Shown piece by piece: positions 37,561-50,214 of a stretch of 64,000 nt of DNA (position 1 is the stretch's first letter; each line of letters opens with the position of its first letter). The DNA lies in NCBI RefSeq assembly GCF_036321535.1, contig NC_087436.1, positions 108,378,001 to 108,442,000 of the forward strand, in the 5' to 3' direction. The DNA comes from Camelus dromedarius. Lineage: Eukaryota. The translations under genes were made by a program, and so were the position numbers. Below the pieces are notes generated by a model that saw nothing but the letters and a program-made list of their open reading frames with translations, was not told the DNA's origin and made no database searches.

Positions 37561-38625
37561 AAAAATATCTATTCAGATTCTTTGTCCACTTTTTTTTTTC
37601 GCTATTGAGTTGTATGAGTTCTTTGTATATTTTTAAGAGTCTTAGGCTCTACCGACAGAGCTAGCCAGGTGTCTGAGTTCCTTGTATATTTTTGATATTA
37701 ACCTCCTATTGGATGTGTGGCTTAGAAATATTTTCTCCCATTCCATATGTTCCCTTTTCATTTTGTTCATGGTTTCCTTTGTTGTGAAGAAGTCTTTTAG
37801 TTTGAGGTAGCCAAATTTATTTAAATTTGTTACAGACAGTTTTCCAAAGAAGATGTACAAATGGTCAACAGGTATATGAAAAGATGTTTAATGTCACTAA
37901 TCATGAGGAAAATTGCAAATCAAAACCACAATGAGAGATCACCTTATCTGTTAAGATGCTTACTATCAAAAAGATAAAGAGATAACACATGCAGGCGAGA
38001 ATGTGAATAAAAGGGTACCCCTGTACACCTGTTGGTGGGAATATAAACTCTACCATTTCTATGAAAAACAGTATGAAGGATCCTCCAGAAACTAAAAATA
38101 GAACGACTATATGCTCTAGCAATCCACTTCTGGATATATATCCAAAGAAAATGAAATAATTATCTCGAAGAAATATCTGTACTCCTGTGTTCACTGCAGC
38201 ATTATTCACTATAGCCAAGGTACAGAAATAACCTAGGTGTCTATACGTGGATGAATGGATAAAGAAAGTGGTATACAATGGAATGCTATTCCGCCTTAAA
38301 GGACATCCTGCCATTTGTGACAGCTTTAATTAATCTGGAGAGCAGTATGCTAAGTGAAATAAGCCAGCCAGAGAAAAACAAACACTGTGTGGTGTCACAT
38401 AACATGAATCTAAAGAAAAAGGAGAGCTCACAGAAACAGAGTAGAATGGTGGTTGCCAGTGGCTAGAGGGGTGGAGGAAATGGGGAGAGGCTGGTAAAGG
38501 GGTACAAACTTGCAGTTATAAGAAGAATGGCTGAGAATCTAAGTATAACATAGTGACCATAGTTGCTAATACTCTATTGTATAATTGAAACTTACTAAGA
38601 AAGTATAACTATTGTTCTCACCAAA
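37561..38625 (+). mobile_element. L1MA9-like element with a 5' inversion (antisense 37561-37830, sense 37831-38625)
   Basis: Antisense ORF2 'attttctcccattcc...ggtttcctttgttgtg' abuts sense 'acagacagttttccaaagaagat...'. 3' UTR 'gggtacaaacttgcagttataag...atagtgaccatagttg'. Confidence 0.8.
37635..37670 (-). pseudogene. Tailless 5'-half tRNA-Lys(CTT) retrocopy
   Basis: Minus strand ACCTGGCTAGCTCTGTCGGTAGAGCCTAAGACTCTT matches 31/36 to GCCCGGCTAGCTCAGTCGGTAGAGCATGAGACTCTT (mammalian tRNA-Lys-CTT nt 1-36, from memory). 20-bp TSD at 37615-37634 and 37674-37693 with one mismatch. Confidence 0.88.
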
Positions 38626-38640
38626 GAGAGAGAGAGAAGA

Positions 38641-39578
38641 TCTACAGATGGTAAACAAGCACATGAAAAGAATCTTCACATCTTATGCCATCAGGGAAAT
38701 ACAAATTAAAACAGCAATGAGACACCACTACAATTCTACTACAATGGCCAAAATTTAGAACACTGGTAACACCAAATCCTCGTGAGGATGTGGAACGAAA
38801 GGAACTCCCGTACGTTGCTGGGAGGAATTCAAAATGGCATAGCCACTCTGAGACTGTCATTTCTTACAAAACTAAATATACTCTTACCATACCATCCAGC
38901 AATGATGCTCTCTGGGATTTAAGTTGAAACTGATGTCGACACAAAAACCTGCATAGTGATATTTATAGCAGCTTTATTCAAAATTGCTAAAACTTGGAGC
39001 AACAAGATATCCCTTAGTAGGTAAATGAATAAACATACTGTGTTGCATCTAAACAATGAAATCTTATCTAATATTAAAAAATGAGCTTTCAAGCCATGAA
39101 AAGACATGGAGGAAACTTGAATGCATATAGCTCAGAGAGAGAAGTCAATCTGAAAAGGTTTACATACTGTATGATTCCAACTATATGACATTCTGGAAAA
39201 AACAAAACCATGGACATGGTGAAAAGATCACAGTGGTTTTTGGGGTGGGGGAGGGATAAATGGGCAGAGCACATAGGGTTTTTAAGACAGTGAAAATAAT
39301 ATGATATTAAAATGATGAGTATATATCACTATACATTTGTCTAAACCTGTAGATTTACAACACCAAGAGTGAACCCTAAGGTAAACTGTGGAGTTTGGGT
39401 GATTATTATGTGTCTGTGTAGTTGCATTCTTGGTAACAAATGGACCACTCTGGCAAGCACTGTTGATAGTGGAGGACGCCGTGTGTGTGTGTGGATGCAA
39501 GAGGTATATGGGAAATCACTGTACTGTCTTTCAGTTTTGCTGTGAACATAAAATTGCCCTAAAAATATTTTCTTTAAA
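38641..39578 (+). mobile_element. L1MC1-like ORF2 end and 3' UTR
   Basis: 'aagcacatgaaaaga', 'caccaagagtgaaccctaaggtaaactgtgg' and 'ttttgctgtgaacataaaattgccctaaaaa'. Confidence 0.8.
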
Positions 39579-40999
39579 ATGGTGAGTCAGAAAGATAGAG
39601 AAGGGCATTGGATCATCTGTGACAGCATGAAGCTGCTGTACCAGCCTTGAGCTGCCAGCCTCTGATTTCTTATTATGTGGGAAAAATAGTAGTGACTTAA
39701 ATGTGTGGAGATTATTTTAGGTATTTTGCTACATGTAGCTAAATGCAATTATAATACTGGCAAACTGGGCATAAGTACATAAACTTGCCTAAAAAAAAAT
39801 CTCAGTATATAGTGGGAGAATCAAGATTTGTACCCATGTATTTCGCCTGCTCTGTCCATGTTCTTAACCAATGATAACTTAGTTTATTCAAAATCAGGTA
39901 CATTAATGATTTTTTAAAGTGAAATTCTCAGTCATTGTAGTATTAAAAAGTTAGAACTTCCTAGAAGGCATTTTTTTCCTTCCAGGAATAAAATTTATTT
40001 TGTACTTTAAACATTTTGTCTTGGAATTCTAAGATTCCATCAGTTTCTGAGAGTTTTCTGTACAAGGTATAACTCTAAGTAATGAGCTCTTTTAAACCAA
40101 CCTACCTGAATTCAAAAATCCAAAAGGGCATGTTTACTCAAAATAGTAAGCTGAGGAGGCTACAGTCTTATTTCTACAATGTTTCTTCCTGTTTTCCAAA
40201 CCCCCTGGGCAATCTTGTTTGAGAAGTGACTATCCAGTTCGCTCTATGAGCCTCACAGAAATTAGTTTTATGGCTTCATTCTAAAGTGAAAATAAATTGA
40301 CCATCTGCCTTAGTTACAGATTTGATTCCAAATAGCTTCAGGGGGGTTTAAAAATAAAATCATCAACAAAATAATGAAGATTTATTACACTTCGGCGTAA
40401 TAAAATTGCCACGTAGCTGGCCTCACTGCCTGCAGCACCTACTTCGCACCTCGTGTGGCAGCCACACCGCCCCTACCTCTGTTCCCTTCATGCTCCAGTC
40501 TCTGGAACTCCACCCAGGCTCTTTCCTCTCCCCGCATTTCCTTTCCTTCACTCATTCCTGAGAGTGTCATCCATGCCGCCCTGGATGCAGCTCACCCAAA
40601 CCTCCCTGATGAAATCTTCCCAGTCCCTCCTGCGTATTTGGATCCTATCTTGTATGCTCTCCTAATGCCATACCTGTATATTTGGTTGGTGTTACATTTA
40701 CTTATATGTATGCTGTTTCTCCTGCTGGTTGGTGAGCTCCTGGGGAGCATGGAGACCAGAGGGGAAAGAGGCCTGAGAAGTGTTCTTGTCCAGCCCTTCA
40801 CATTACAGATGAAGAAACGGAGGCCTGAGGAGGTGAAGTGACTCCTCCTGGTTCTCACAGGCGGCAGGAGTAAGGGCTGGATATTAGGTTCGTCCAATTC
40901 CATTGCATCTTGCCTTGCTTTCCATACAGAACTGAGCACAGAGGTGTATCCAGAGTAGATACTTAATGATGGTTAAATTTGATTTTTAAAAATGACATT

Positions 41000-41750
41000 G
41001 GCAACTGGTAAAAATTGAAATGTGTAACAGTACCAACTTTTGGGTGGTTATGGAGAAATGATAATTTTATACCTTTATGGGTAGAATGAGAGCTGGTGCA
41101 AACATTTTGGAGAAAATTAAGCAATAAATACTAGAAGTGAAGATATCCCTTTGCAACAATATGGAAATTCCATTCCTAGGTATATGCCCTGGAGAAATCC
41201 TTTGATATGTACACGAAGAGATAAACCCCAAAATGCTTATAGATAAAGTGTTTGTAGTGGCAAAGTATTGGATATCACCTAAATGTATCTCAATAGGAAA
41301 TGGAATAAATAATCGAGGCTTATTTAAAACAATGTAATGTTCTACACTGTGAATATTAATGAAAAAGAACTCACATATCATTATTAATAAATCTAACAAA
41401 CATATAGTGAAAATAGAACATTGCTAAGGAACACATATAGTGTGATACCATCTATATAAATATTCAAAACCCAAAAAAACCCCAACATCATACATTACTT
41501 AGGACAAAATATATATGTAGAAAAGTATAAATATATACATGGGAATAGTCATGATCAAATGCAGAAACGTGTTTGGGTTAAGGACAAGGGAGCCTTGACA
41601 AAAGCAGATGTGATTAGTAGGGGTACAAGGCATCGCCAAAGGGCTGGATATCGTTTTCTTTAAAGCTTTGTGATTGGTACATTCATGTGCACTTTGTTAT
41701 TCTTTAAACTTTTTGCTGTGTGTTAAATATTTAATAATAAGTTTTTTAAA
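41000..41750 (+). mobile_element. Ancient L1M (L1MC4/5- or L1ME-like) 3' portion
   Basis: 'aattccattcctaggtatatgccctggagaaa' and 'cacctaaatgtatctcaatagga'. Confidence 0.7.
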
Positions 41751-42554
41751 TGAATTTTGAGAATTGTCTCTGCCACCACTTGGAGAGCAATTTCAAAGTG
41801 AAAACTATCACAGTAGGCTCTGAGAAATGTCAGAATAAATGAAAAAATGTCTAATCATTGAGATGACTGCTTTGGAAGTAATGGTCATTCTTGGATTTAT
41901 ACTTTTTTAAAGTGTTTGATAAAATAAGCCACCCTATCTGTTGTAGCGATGTTTGTTTTATGCCCAGTTAACTTTGAATGAAATGACTGCCTTAGAAGAT
42001 ACAGTCAGAGAAATACAGTGATACGCAAGAACCTCAAAAGCAAAACAGACATATTTAGAGTGGCAACGTGTACATTCTGGATTCTACGAGCCTTAGCAGT
42101 GTATGCAAAGACTTTCTGTGTCATTCGCTTTCTGTATCATTCTTTTGTAACTGGTGCTGGCCTCCCACAGAGTGCCAGCCTGGAAAATGCCAGAGGCAAG
42201 GGACATGATTCATTGATTGTCTTTTTGGTTTGTTTTTAAATTCTTTAGTAACTGAAAGTATTATAAGCTTCTAAAGGTAGAGGACAATTCAGAGAATGTC
42301 GAGTTCCTGCCTTTGGCTCCCAAATGGAGATACCTGGGTGCTGAGAGATGCTTTCCTTCTCTCCCAAGGTCACAAGGAGATTTAGCAGGGCAAGGGCAGG
42401 AACAAGAACTGATACGCTTTCTCCACTTCAGTGTACTTGCCGACTACTCAGTACTTACAAGTGAGCTGGAGTCAGAACTCCACTCCTCTCCCCAGCACGT
42501 TGCACTGGAGTCTGTCAGGGGCAGATCCTTCACTTAAAATGGGAAAGGGAGATT

Positions 42555-43083
42555 CTTAGGAATATCCCCAAAAGAAATGAAAATAAGTGTTTAGAAAAAG
42601 ACTTGTAAGCAAATGTTTGTGGTAGTATTATTGGTAGTAGTAAAAAACTGGAAACAACTCAAATGTCAGTCAGCCGGCAAAAAGAACAACACTGTATATT
42701 CATAGAATGGAACACTATTTAGCAATAAAAAAGAACTGCGTATTGATACATGCTGTCACCGGCTGGCACTCATCTTATGTGACATGATAAAGCCAGACAC
42801 TTAAGACCACATACTGTATAATTCCATTTATATGAAATATCTGGAAAAGGCAAATCTACAAAGACAGAAAGTAAGCTAGAGGTTGCCTGGGGCTGGGAGT
42901 GTGAAGAGGAGTGATTACAAATGTGCATGAGGGATCTTTTAGGGGGTGATAAAAATGTTCCAGTGTTGGAATTTGGCAGTGTTTGTGCAATGCGGTAAAT
43001 TAGCTAGAAGTCATCCTAGTTGTACACTCAAATGGGAGGATTTTATGCTATGCAAATTATACAACAATAAAACTGTTTTTAAA
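42555..43083 (+). mobile_element. Ancient L1M (L1MD/L1ME-like) 3' end
   Basis: 'aaaactggaaacaactcaaatgtc', 'catactgtataattccatttatatgaaat' and a terminal 'aataaaactgttttt'. Confidence 0.78.
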
Positions 43084-44214
43084 TAGGGGAGGGACATGGT
43101 TTATTTTTAAAAGACCTGGGGTTATCCAACTCCAGACACTCCACAGCTGTCATTTCATCCTCTCCTAAAGCGTACATTCTCAATATGCAGGGTATGTCAA
43201 ACAGATGCCCCTCAGGGTACACTGTTCCATCGCAAAAAACTAACTTTTTTTTTTTCAGGTCTTCTTATGTAGTGGCCATTTTACTCAGTTTGTCTTCTTA
43301 TTCTTACCATAATCTTATGAGATAGATACTACATTAACCTTATTTTAAGGATAAAGACACTGAGTAATTTGTTCAATGCCACAGGCTTATACAGAGGTGA
43401 GGAGAGCCTGGAACCCTTGTTTGCCAGATCGCACACTCTCCGCACAATGCTTCAGCTTGCCTATTAGGGACTCTATGAATGCTTATTGGATGAAGTAAGG
43501 ATGTGTCTTTGTGGCTGCCTTCCTGAACTGGCTTTGCAGCAGACAGTGGGCACTCGTATTATGAACTCTTTCTGTTACAGTTTTTAGTATTTTTAGAAAA
43601 GTCATGCCTTTATTGTTTCCTACAGTTTATTTCTGAAGTGATACGATGAAGTAGCGGTATAAAAATCCCCAAGGTTTTAGACTGAGTTATTAAAAAACAA
43701 GCAGACAGTTGACTTTTGGCCTCCAGTCATTAGCCTTATCACCAGAAGGATCCATTCTCTCTTTAACACATCTCTGATTTAATGTGTCAGGTTCATGTAG
43801 GAGATTTTCACTGATGAGTGTTCTATTTTGTTTTTGTTTTTAGAGAGAGAAAGCCAGAAAGGCAGTGTGTGTTGTCATTTTTTTTCTTCAATTTTTATTT
43901 TTTAACAATTTGCCTGGTGGAACAAAATTTCATGGTGAAATGTCAGCAAGAAGTAAAAATTGTTTTTAAATTAAACATTGGTTTTGATAATGTAGATTAT
44001 GGAAAAAGCAAAGCACTGGGATTAGATTCAGGAACTTAGGTTAAAATGTGAAAGCGATACTAACACTTTGAGAAACTTACTTTCCTTCTTGGTTAAGTAG
44101 GAATAAGCCTCTGCACGTTACAGTGCTGCTGTGCATGTTAAAGGTGTATGACTGTGTGTATACCCGTGTTCAGTGTGTCAGTGCACAGAGAGTAGATGCT
44201 TTATCAGGGCCTGT

Positions 44215-44900
44215 TGAGTTTGTTTACTTCTAATTATTTTATTGTACTCACTGTTTAACACATAGTAAGTATTTTGTCCCATACTGGTCCCTGGAGGTAA
44301 AATGTCATGTCGGAGAGTCGGAGTTCTTGCCTAAAAGATTTTATATTCTAAGGAAGAAGGCAAATAAGACCCAGACAAAGAGAAGTAATTATTAAAGAAA
44401 AGTTATCAATTGTGTTGAGAGATAAGAAGCAATCAAATAAGATGATGAGAATATGATGTTTCAATACTTAAGTGAAGAAGTAATAGGAATCATTACTAAT
44501 GTAGTACATTACAGGAGATGGAGAGAAGAATTTGCTGTATTTTGGATAACGACTCAGGCTTGTGAAGGGTTGGATGAGAGTGGAGAGAGAAGAGGTGGAG
44601 TCAAGACCACATAAAGGTTACTGTGCCTGAACTTCTTACTTGTGTTATTGGACAGTGCCATTTACAGTGATGGAGAGGAGTGAGGGTAGAACTGAGTGTT
44701 CTCTTTTGGACAAATCATGCTTTATATGTCTCTGAGATGCTCCAGTGGAGGTGACTCGTACTGAGATGGAAAAGAAACTTGGAGTGCAGGGACTTCTGAG
44801 CTGGAGATATAAATCAGGAGTCATTACCATAAAAACGGTAAAATTAAATGATTGTAAGGTAAATGGTGAAGGAAGTTCTGTTCTAATAATAAACAACCAG
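44215..44900 (-). mobile_element. L2 fragment
   Basis: 'ggtggagtcaagaccac', 'gtgccatttacagtgatgg' and 'gagctggagatataaatcaggagtcatta'. Confidence 0.6.
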
Positions 44901-45744
44901 AATCCTTAGATTTGGCTTCTCACAGTATACCAGGAATAATTAACATCATACTCCCTATGTCTGGGTGACAACAGAAAGGTTAGTATAAATTCCCCATGGG
45001 TGTTGTAATGCAGTGCATTTTAGAAGATAGGATAATTAAATGTATTGTTTACGATTCTATTAAAAAATAAACTGGTCTGAATTAACACTAAAAAGTTTTT
45101 TAAATTTTAGAGGTCTCTGGAATTACTTGGTTTGAACTTGCTTATGGGTAATACTATTAAACTGCAGTATGTTGACTTTATACTAAATACCATATATACA
45201 GATGCTCTTATTATCATACTATTTACTGTTGACTGAGGATCTATCATGTGCCATGCATAGTAGACACAAGTACTGAAGAGGCAGAGATCAGATGTCTCCC
45301 CATAGAATAAATCTAACTGGGAGGAGACAGAGACATGAGCAAGTAATTACTATGAAATTTGGTAAAATGCCATATTCTGGGATGATATTAAAGAGAAGGG
45401 ACTGATAAACTTCTAAAGGTTAGAAAGTATTTCATGAAAAATTTGGTATTTAAATTAAATCGTGAAGGAGGAATAGAGATTTTTAAGAAGACAAGAGAGG
45501 AGAGAGTACTCATAAAAAAGATATGTGCAAGGTAGAGAAAGTGAAGCAGTCTGAGAAATGTCATGTGAATAAATCTGTTGTGATTGTAGCACTCAGTATG
45601 CCTGACATATCAGGCACTCAATAAATATCTGCTGAATGAATAAATGAATGAATACACCCCCAAATTTTGCTCACTCAATACAATTTACTGGGCTCCAATT
45701 TCCAGGCAAAGGAGATAGGAGAAGGACTCCTTGTGTTTAGATTT

Positions 45745-46222
45745 TATATATTACTATGAGATACAAACTATATAACTGCATGTGAAATTCGTAGATACAA
45801 TGTAAACAGGTATTTGATAGTGTAGTAATAAAATAATGCCATTTGCAGCAACATAGATGGACCTGGAGATTGTTATTCTAAGTGAAGTAAGCCAGAAAGA
45901 GAAAGAAAAATAACATGATATAGCTTATATGTGGAATCTAAAAAATAGACACAAATGAAAAATACGATCTTATCTGTAAAACAGGAACAGACTCAGGACA
46001 TAGAGAATAAGCTTATGGTTACCTGGGGGTAAAGATGGTGGGAAGAGATAAATTGGGGATTCGAAATTTGCACCCCTTGAGGAGTGATGGTAATATTAGC
46101 TATTCTGATTGTGATGGTGGTTACATTGGTGTATACATCTATCAAAATTCGTCAAATTGTACATCTGAAATATGTGTAATTTACTGTACAGAAATCATAC
46201 CACAATAAGGTGTTTAAAAAAA
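45745..46222 (+). mobile_element. Old L1M 3' end containing a tailless internal fragment (about 45829-46072) of a younger cetartiodactyl L1
   Basis: 'aataatgccatttgcagcaacatagatggacctggag...agtgaagtaagccagaaagagaaagaaaaata' is close to the young L1s here. It switches to the old-type 'gtgatggtaatatt...gattgtgatggtggttaca...caataaggtg'. Confidence 0.65.
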
Positions 46223-47839
46223 GTGTACGTATGTGTGTTAAGAGAGAGAGGAAAAGGAAGGGAGAATAAAACATAATTTTTAAAAAGCATATTGAGGGAA
46301 ATGAGCGTGCAAGAAATTGTTCCAAGTTGACCCACCAGGGTATAGCCTGTGAAACAGAAACCATGAACTGTTGGGTCTGGACAGGGAAAAGCATACCTGA
46401 GTGGTGGTTTTAACCCAAAGAGCAAGAAACAGTCAAGGACTACAGTCAAAGTTTGTGATAGGAGGTCAAAATGAGAGACTCTGTCAGCCAAGGAAGAGCA
46501 GGATGTAGTCTTCTATGTGAATCAGGACAGATGATCAGGAGCTGGGAAAACAGAGGTCAAAAGAGGAATGGAGTTTGGACCAAATCGGGAGTAAATCCAA
46601 TTTAATTCAGTGCTGATTCAGGTTTGACTTTGAGGAGACAGGTCTTAGCTTTCTGAACCAGCTGCTCAATGTCTTAAACGCGCAGTTGAGCCCTGCCAGA
46701 AGTGATGGGCAAGGCACGGCTTAGAAAACAGTGGTTACTCTTCAAGAAGCAATTAAAAAAAAAAAAATAGAGGTAAAGACACTGATGAGAATGGAGTGGG
46801 GAGATTCTGCTAAAATTCATTTGCAAAAGGCAATCATTCACAGGAGGTGGGAGTGACCAAGTTCAATGACAATGCTGATTATGTTTGAAGAGGAAGCTCT
46901 AAAGCCCTTTACTCTGTAAGGACATCGCATTTTTTGTTGAAAACCACTCATGTGGAATGTTTTACGAGGTTTCAGTTAAATTTGTCCAGGATTAAATGTG
47001 AACTTATTCCTTGATTTCACTTTGAGAGAATTAATACATAAAGCTTTTCCTAACCTAGAAATGGGCAAGGTGAATGTCATCTCTCAGTCTTCTAGTTTAT
47101 TTTTGTGTGAAAGTGGAGAGTGCAGCTGTTTAATTTCTAGAATTCTTACAATCAGAATTCTGTGGTCGCAAGTTTTATTGTCTGTATTTCCTATAACTTT
47201 GATTCCACTGTGTTCCTTATACCCAATTCTTCGACAGAATGCTTCGCAGCAATTTTCATGAGATTCTAAGAGTTATTCAGAGTCAGAAATTTCTGTAGCA
47301 TATCCATGCTGATCAGTGTATACAACTTTTATAATTGTGCGTTTGAAAGGAATGATTCCCACTTCATTTTCCTAATCAGATGTTTCATGATGCCTCTGCT
47401 GCACTTATGATTACTTTCCAAAAAGTAGATATGCTCTTGAACACTGTTGAATATTTAAATGATAAAATAGGTGATTTATACAAAGTTAGTGATGGTCCTC
47501 ATACATTAGACATGCTAAACAGGAAGGATGCTTTAGCTTATGGCATCTGAACGTATTGCTTTTAATGAACTGTCCTGCAGCGAAGAATGGAAACTTGCCA
47601 ATACGCTGGTCAGGATGTTAAGATCCTACCTGAGATGGCCTTGAACTCATCACAGTATTTATTGACATTCAAGTGGACCTGGAAAAAAAAAAAAAAGAAC
47701 CTGAAATTGAACTTTTTAAAGTCATATTTATACCATCCTCTCCATCAAGTATTAGTGATTTTGCTAAGAAGGCTTCCTTATCACTATCTGCCACATTCTT
47801 CCATTATTTTAGAAGCATAGACTGGTACATGATGTTTCC

Positions 47840-48165
47840 TGTTCTTGGAGTGTTCTTGTTGGCCTGGAAAATTCCTACTTAATCTTCAAGAAGCCCCTTG
47901 GGCCTCACTTCCTTTGCGAAGACTTCCTTGATAAAATCTTCAGGCCCATTTTCAGCAGAATTAACCTTTTCTCATCTACATTCCGTAGCACCATATATCT
48001 TTCTCTAACTTGCTAATCATTTTGCTTTGAAACTGTATGTTTACAAGTTTTCCCTCCCACTAGACTGTAGGGTTCTTGAGGAAAATGAACTCGTCTTATT
48101 CTTATGCTGATGCCTAACACAATTTCTGGTGCATAGCAGGCCTTCCCTAAATATTAGTTGAATGA
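47840..48165 (+). mobile_element. L2 3' end
   Basis: 'cccactagactgtagggttcttgagg' and 'ctggtgcatagcagg...aaatattagttgaatga'. Confidence 0.75.
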
Positions 48166-49741
48166 CATCTGTGGGAAAGAAAATCTCAAGTGGCTGTTTA
48201 AACTTTGATTTATTTACCTTCCCTTTCATTTGTATCTTGCCTTCCAGTGGAGCTATAAGTTTTGTAAATATAAAGCCTGAGTCTCCTATTTCTCTGTATC
48301 TTCTTGGGAGCACATAAACAGTATTTTTTTATATTTAGGCAATCGAATACTACATATTGATTGTCAGTCTTATTTCTCAGTCAGCCTGATATCCTACGAG
48401 ACATAAAATGATCATATATATTGTTTTACGCAGTTTAGCATTTATTGAAGTAATCCAAACGTGAGGCTTATTTTCTGTTTATATGAGACCGAGGAAATCT
48501 AGTATATTATGTGGTAACATAGTACCAAAGAGAGCAAGAGATACTTTGTCCTTGAAAGGTGCCACTTTATAGATGTGGCTGTAATTGGCTTATACATAAT
48601 TCAACAGTTGGTGAAAATTTGGCAGTACTTCATCAAGTTATGGCCAAAGTTGTTGGAGATTCTCTTCACATTTCAATTATACCATCAGTTTCTTTCAAAT
48701 CAATTCATTCTGAGTAATTGAGTGCCTGCTGTGTGTTACGCTTTGGGCAACTTGCTGAGTGTTAGATATAATGGGAATACTTTGAAGATAAGCAGACTGG
48801 AATTCTATTCATTCCTGGCTCTTTCTCTTACTATCTAAGTGATTTAGGGCAAATTACTTAACTTCTCTGACCTCGGATTTTTAATCTCTGAAATGGAGGA
48901 TATGATCTCAGTGGCATAGGAGGTTATAAGAGAGACAGGGCTGGCACAATGTTTGGAACCTGGTTGGTGCTCAACCCATGTTAACCTTGTGATTCACCTA
49001 AAAGGAGCACCTTTTTTTTTTTTTTTTTTTGCCACTTTGCCATTTTATAGTAGAAGAAAGAAACACGAAGGACTCCCTAAGAAGGCGGGTGTCAGCTACA
49101 AAGAGACAATGGGACTATATGTTATTTCCAGTTGACTTTATTTTAATAGCATTATTATGTGTTGGATTTTCAAAGTAGGATGTATGCCAGGGAACTCTTA
49201 TACTTCATTTTCAATTACAATAACTCTTATGTGTAGCAGGCTAGCCAAAGGTTGGTAAATTCCCTGTGCCCAGGCCCTGAATTTAATAGCAGCAGTGGCT
49301 TTGCACAGCTACATCAGCTCCCCATTACTGTCTCTTTTTGATTTAGTGTCAGCCTTCTCCCCTGAGGTAGGGTGTTGATGCCAACTCTGACTGGCTCTGA
49401 CTGGGGAGATGTTTTCTCCACCTGAGCCCTGCCAGAAACGTGTTTCTTATATTTCCTATTACTAGGTATGGTGGAATAAGACAGTTTCCTGACTCATTTC
49501 CCCCACCTCTTCTTTTTTTGGTAACTTCTTTTGTTAAACTGAGCAGTTTTACAGAAACATTCCTTGCATTCTATGGAATCCTATCTTTTGTAAGTCACCA
49601 AAGAACATTTATTTATTAAAATGATGGTAATTATTTAAGTCTTTTAAATTTGAAAAAGAAAATTCTATCCAGAAGCCAATGTCAATATTGCTGGTATATT
49701 TTATGGAGAAATATGAACGAGGAGGTTGGGGGAATTGAAAT

Positions 49742-49975
49742 TTCCTTCATCCCTTCCTTCCTTCCTCCCCACCTCCTTCCCTCCCTCCTCCCCTCCCTCC
49801 CTTTCTGTCTCTCTTCTTCCTTCTCTCCCTCCTTCCTTTTTCCTTCCTTGCTTGCTTTCTTCTTCTTTATACTCCTGATCTTATTTTTTTCTTCTCCTCT
49901 CTCCCCTTTCTCTTCCTCCTTCTTTTATATTTTACTACTCAACAATTACTCTTTCCAAAACTCCTCTTCTTTTTT
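49742..49975. repeat. Pyrimidine-rich low-complexity tract ((CCTT)/(CCTC)-like)
   Basis: Directly visible. Confidence 0.85.
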
Positions 49976-50214
49976 CTTTCTTCTTTTTATTGAAGTAGAG
50001 TTGATTTACAGTGTTGTGTAGTTTCTGGTGTACAGCATAGTGATTCAGTTATATATTTATATATATATATATATATATTCCTTCCATATTATTTTTCATT
50101 ATAGGCTATTACAAAATATTGAGTGTAGTTCCTTGTGCTCTACAGCAGGACCTTGTTGTTTATATATTTTATACACAGTACTTAGTATCTATAAATCCCA
50201 ACCTCTAATTTAGC
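49972..50214 (-). mobile_element. Short 5'-truncated cetartiodactyl L1 3' end with an internal (TA)n
   Basis: 'tttttattgaagtagagttgatttacagtgttgtg...tacagcatagtgattcagttata...tagttccttgtgctctacagcaggaccttgttgttta'. Possible TSD CCTCTTCTT at 49963-49971 and 50215-50223. Confidence 0.85.

Larger units (their letters stand above)
37270..39762 (+). mobile_element. Old MaLR LTR (MLT1J/K-like) split by L1 insertions; halves at about 37270-37550 and 39580-39762
   Basis: 5' half 'ttcttggtaagagaatcctgactt...atggtcatgtttcttagttttggctagtg'. 3' half 'agctgctgtaccagccttgagctgcc...ttgctacatgtagctaaatgc'. Minus-strand MIR pieces flank it (about 37155-37265 and 39763-39872). Confidence 0.6.

Noticed and set aside
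49650..50021. 123-aa hydrophobic ORF
   Set aside because: It is the translation of a pyrimidine low-complexity tract plus an L1 tail.
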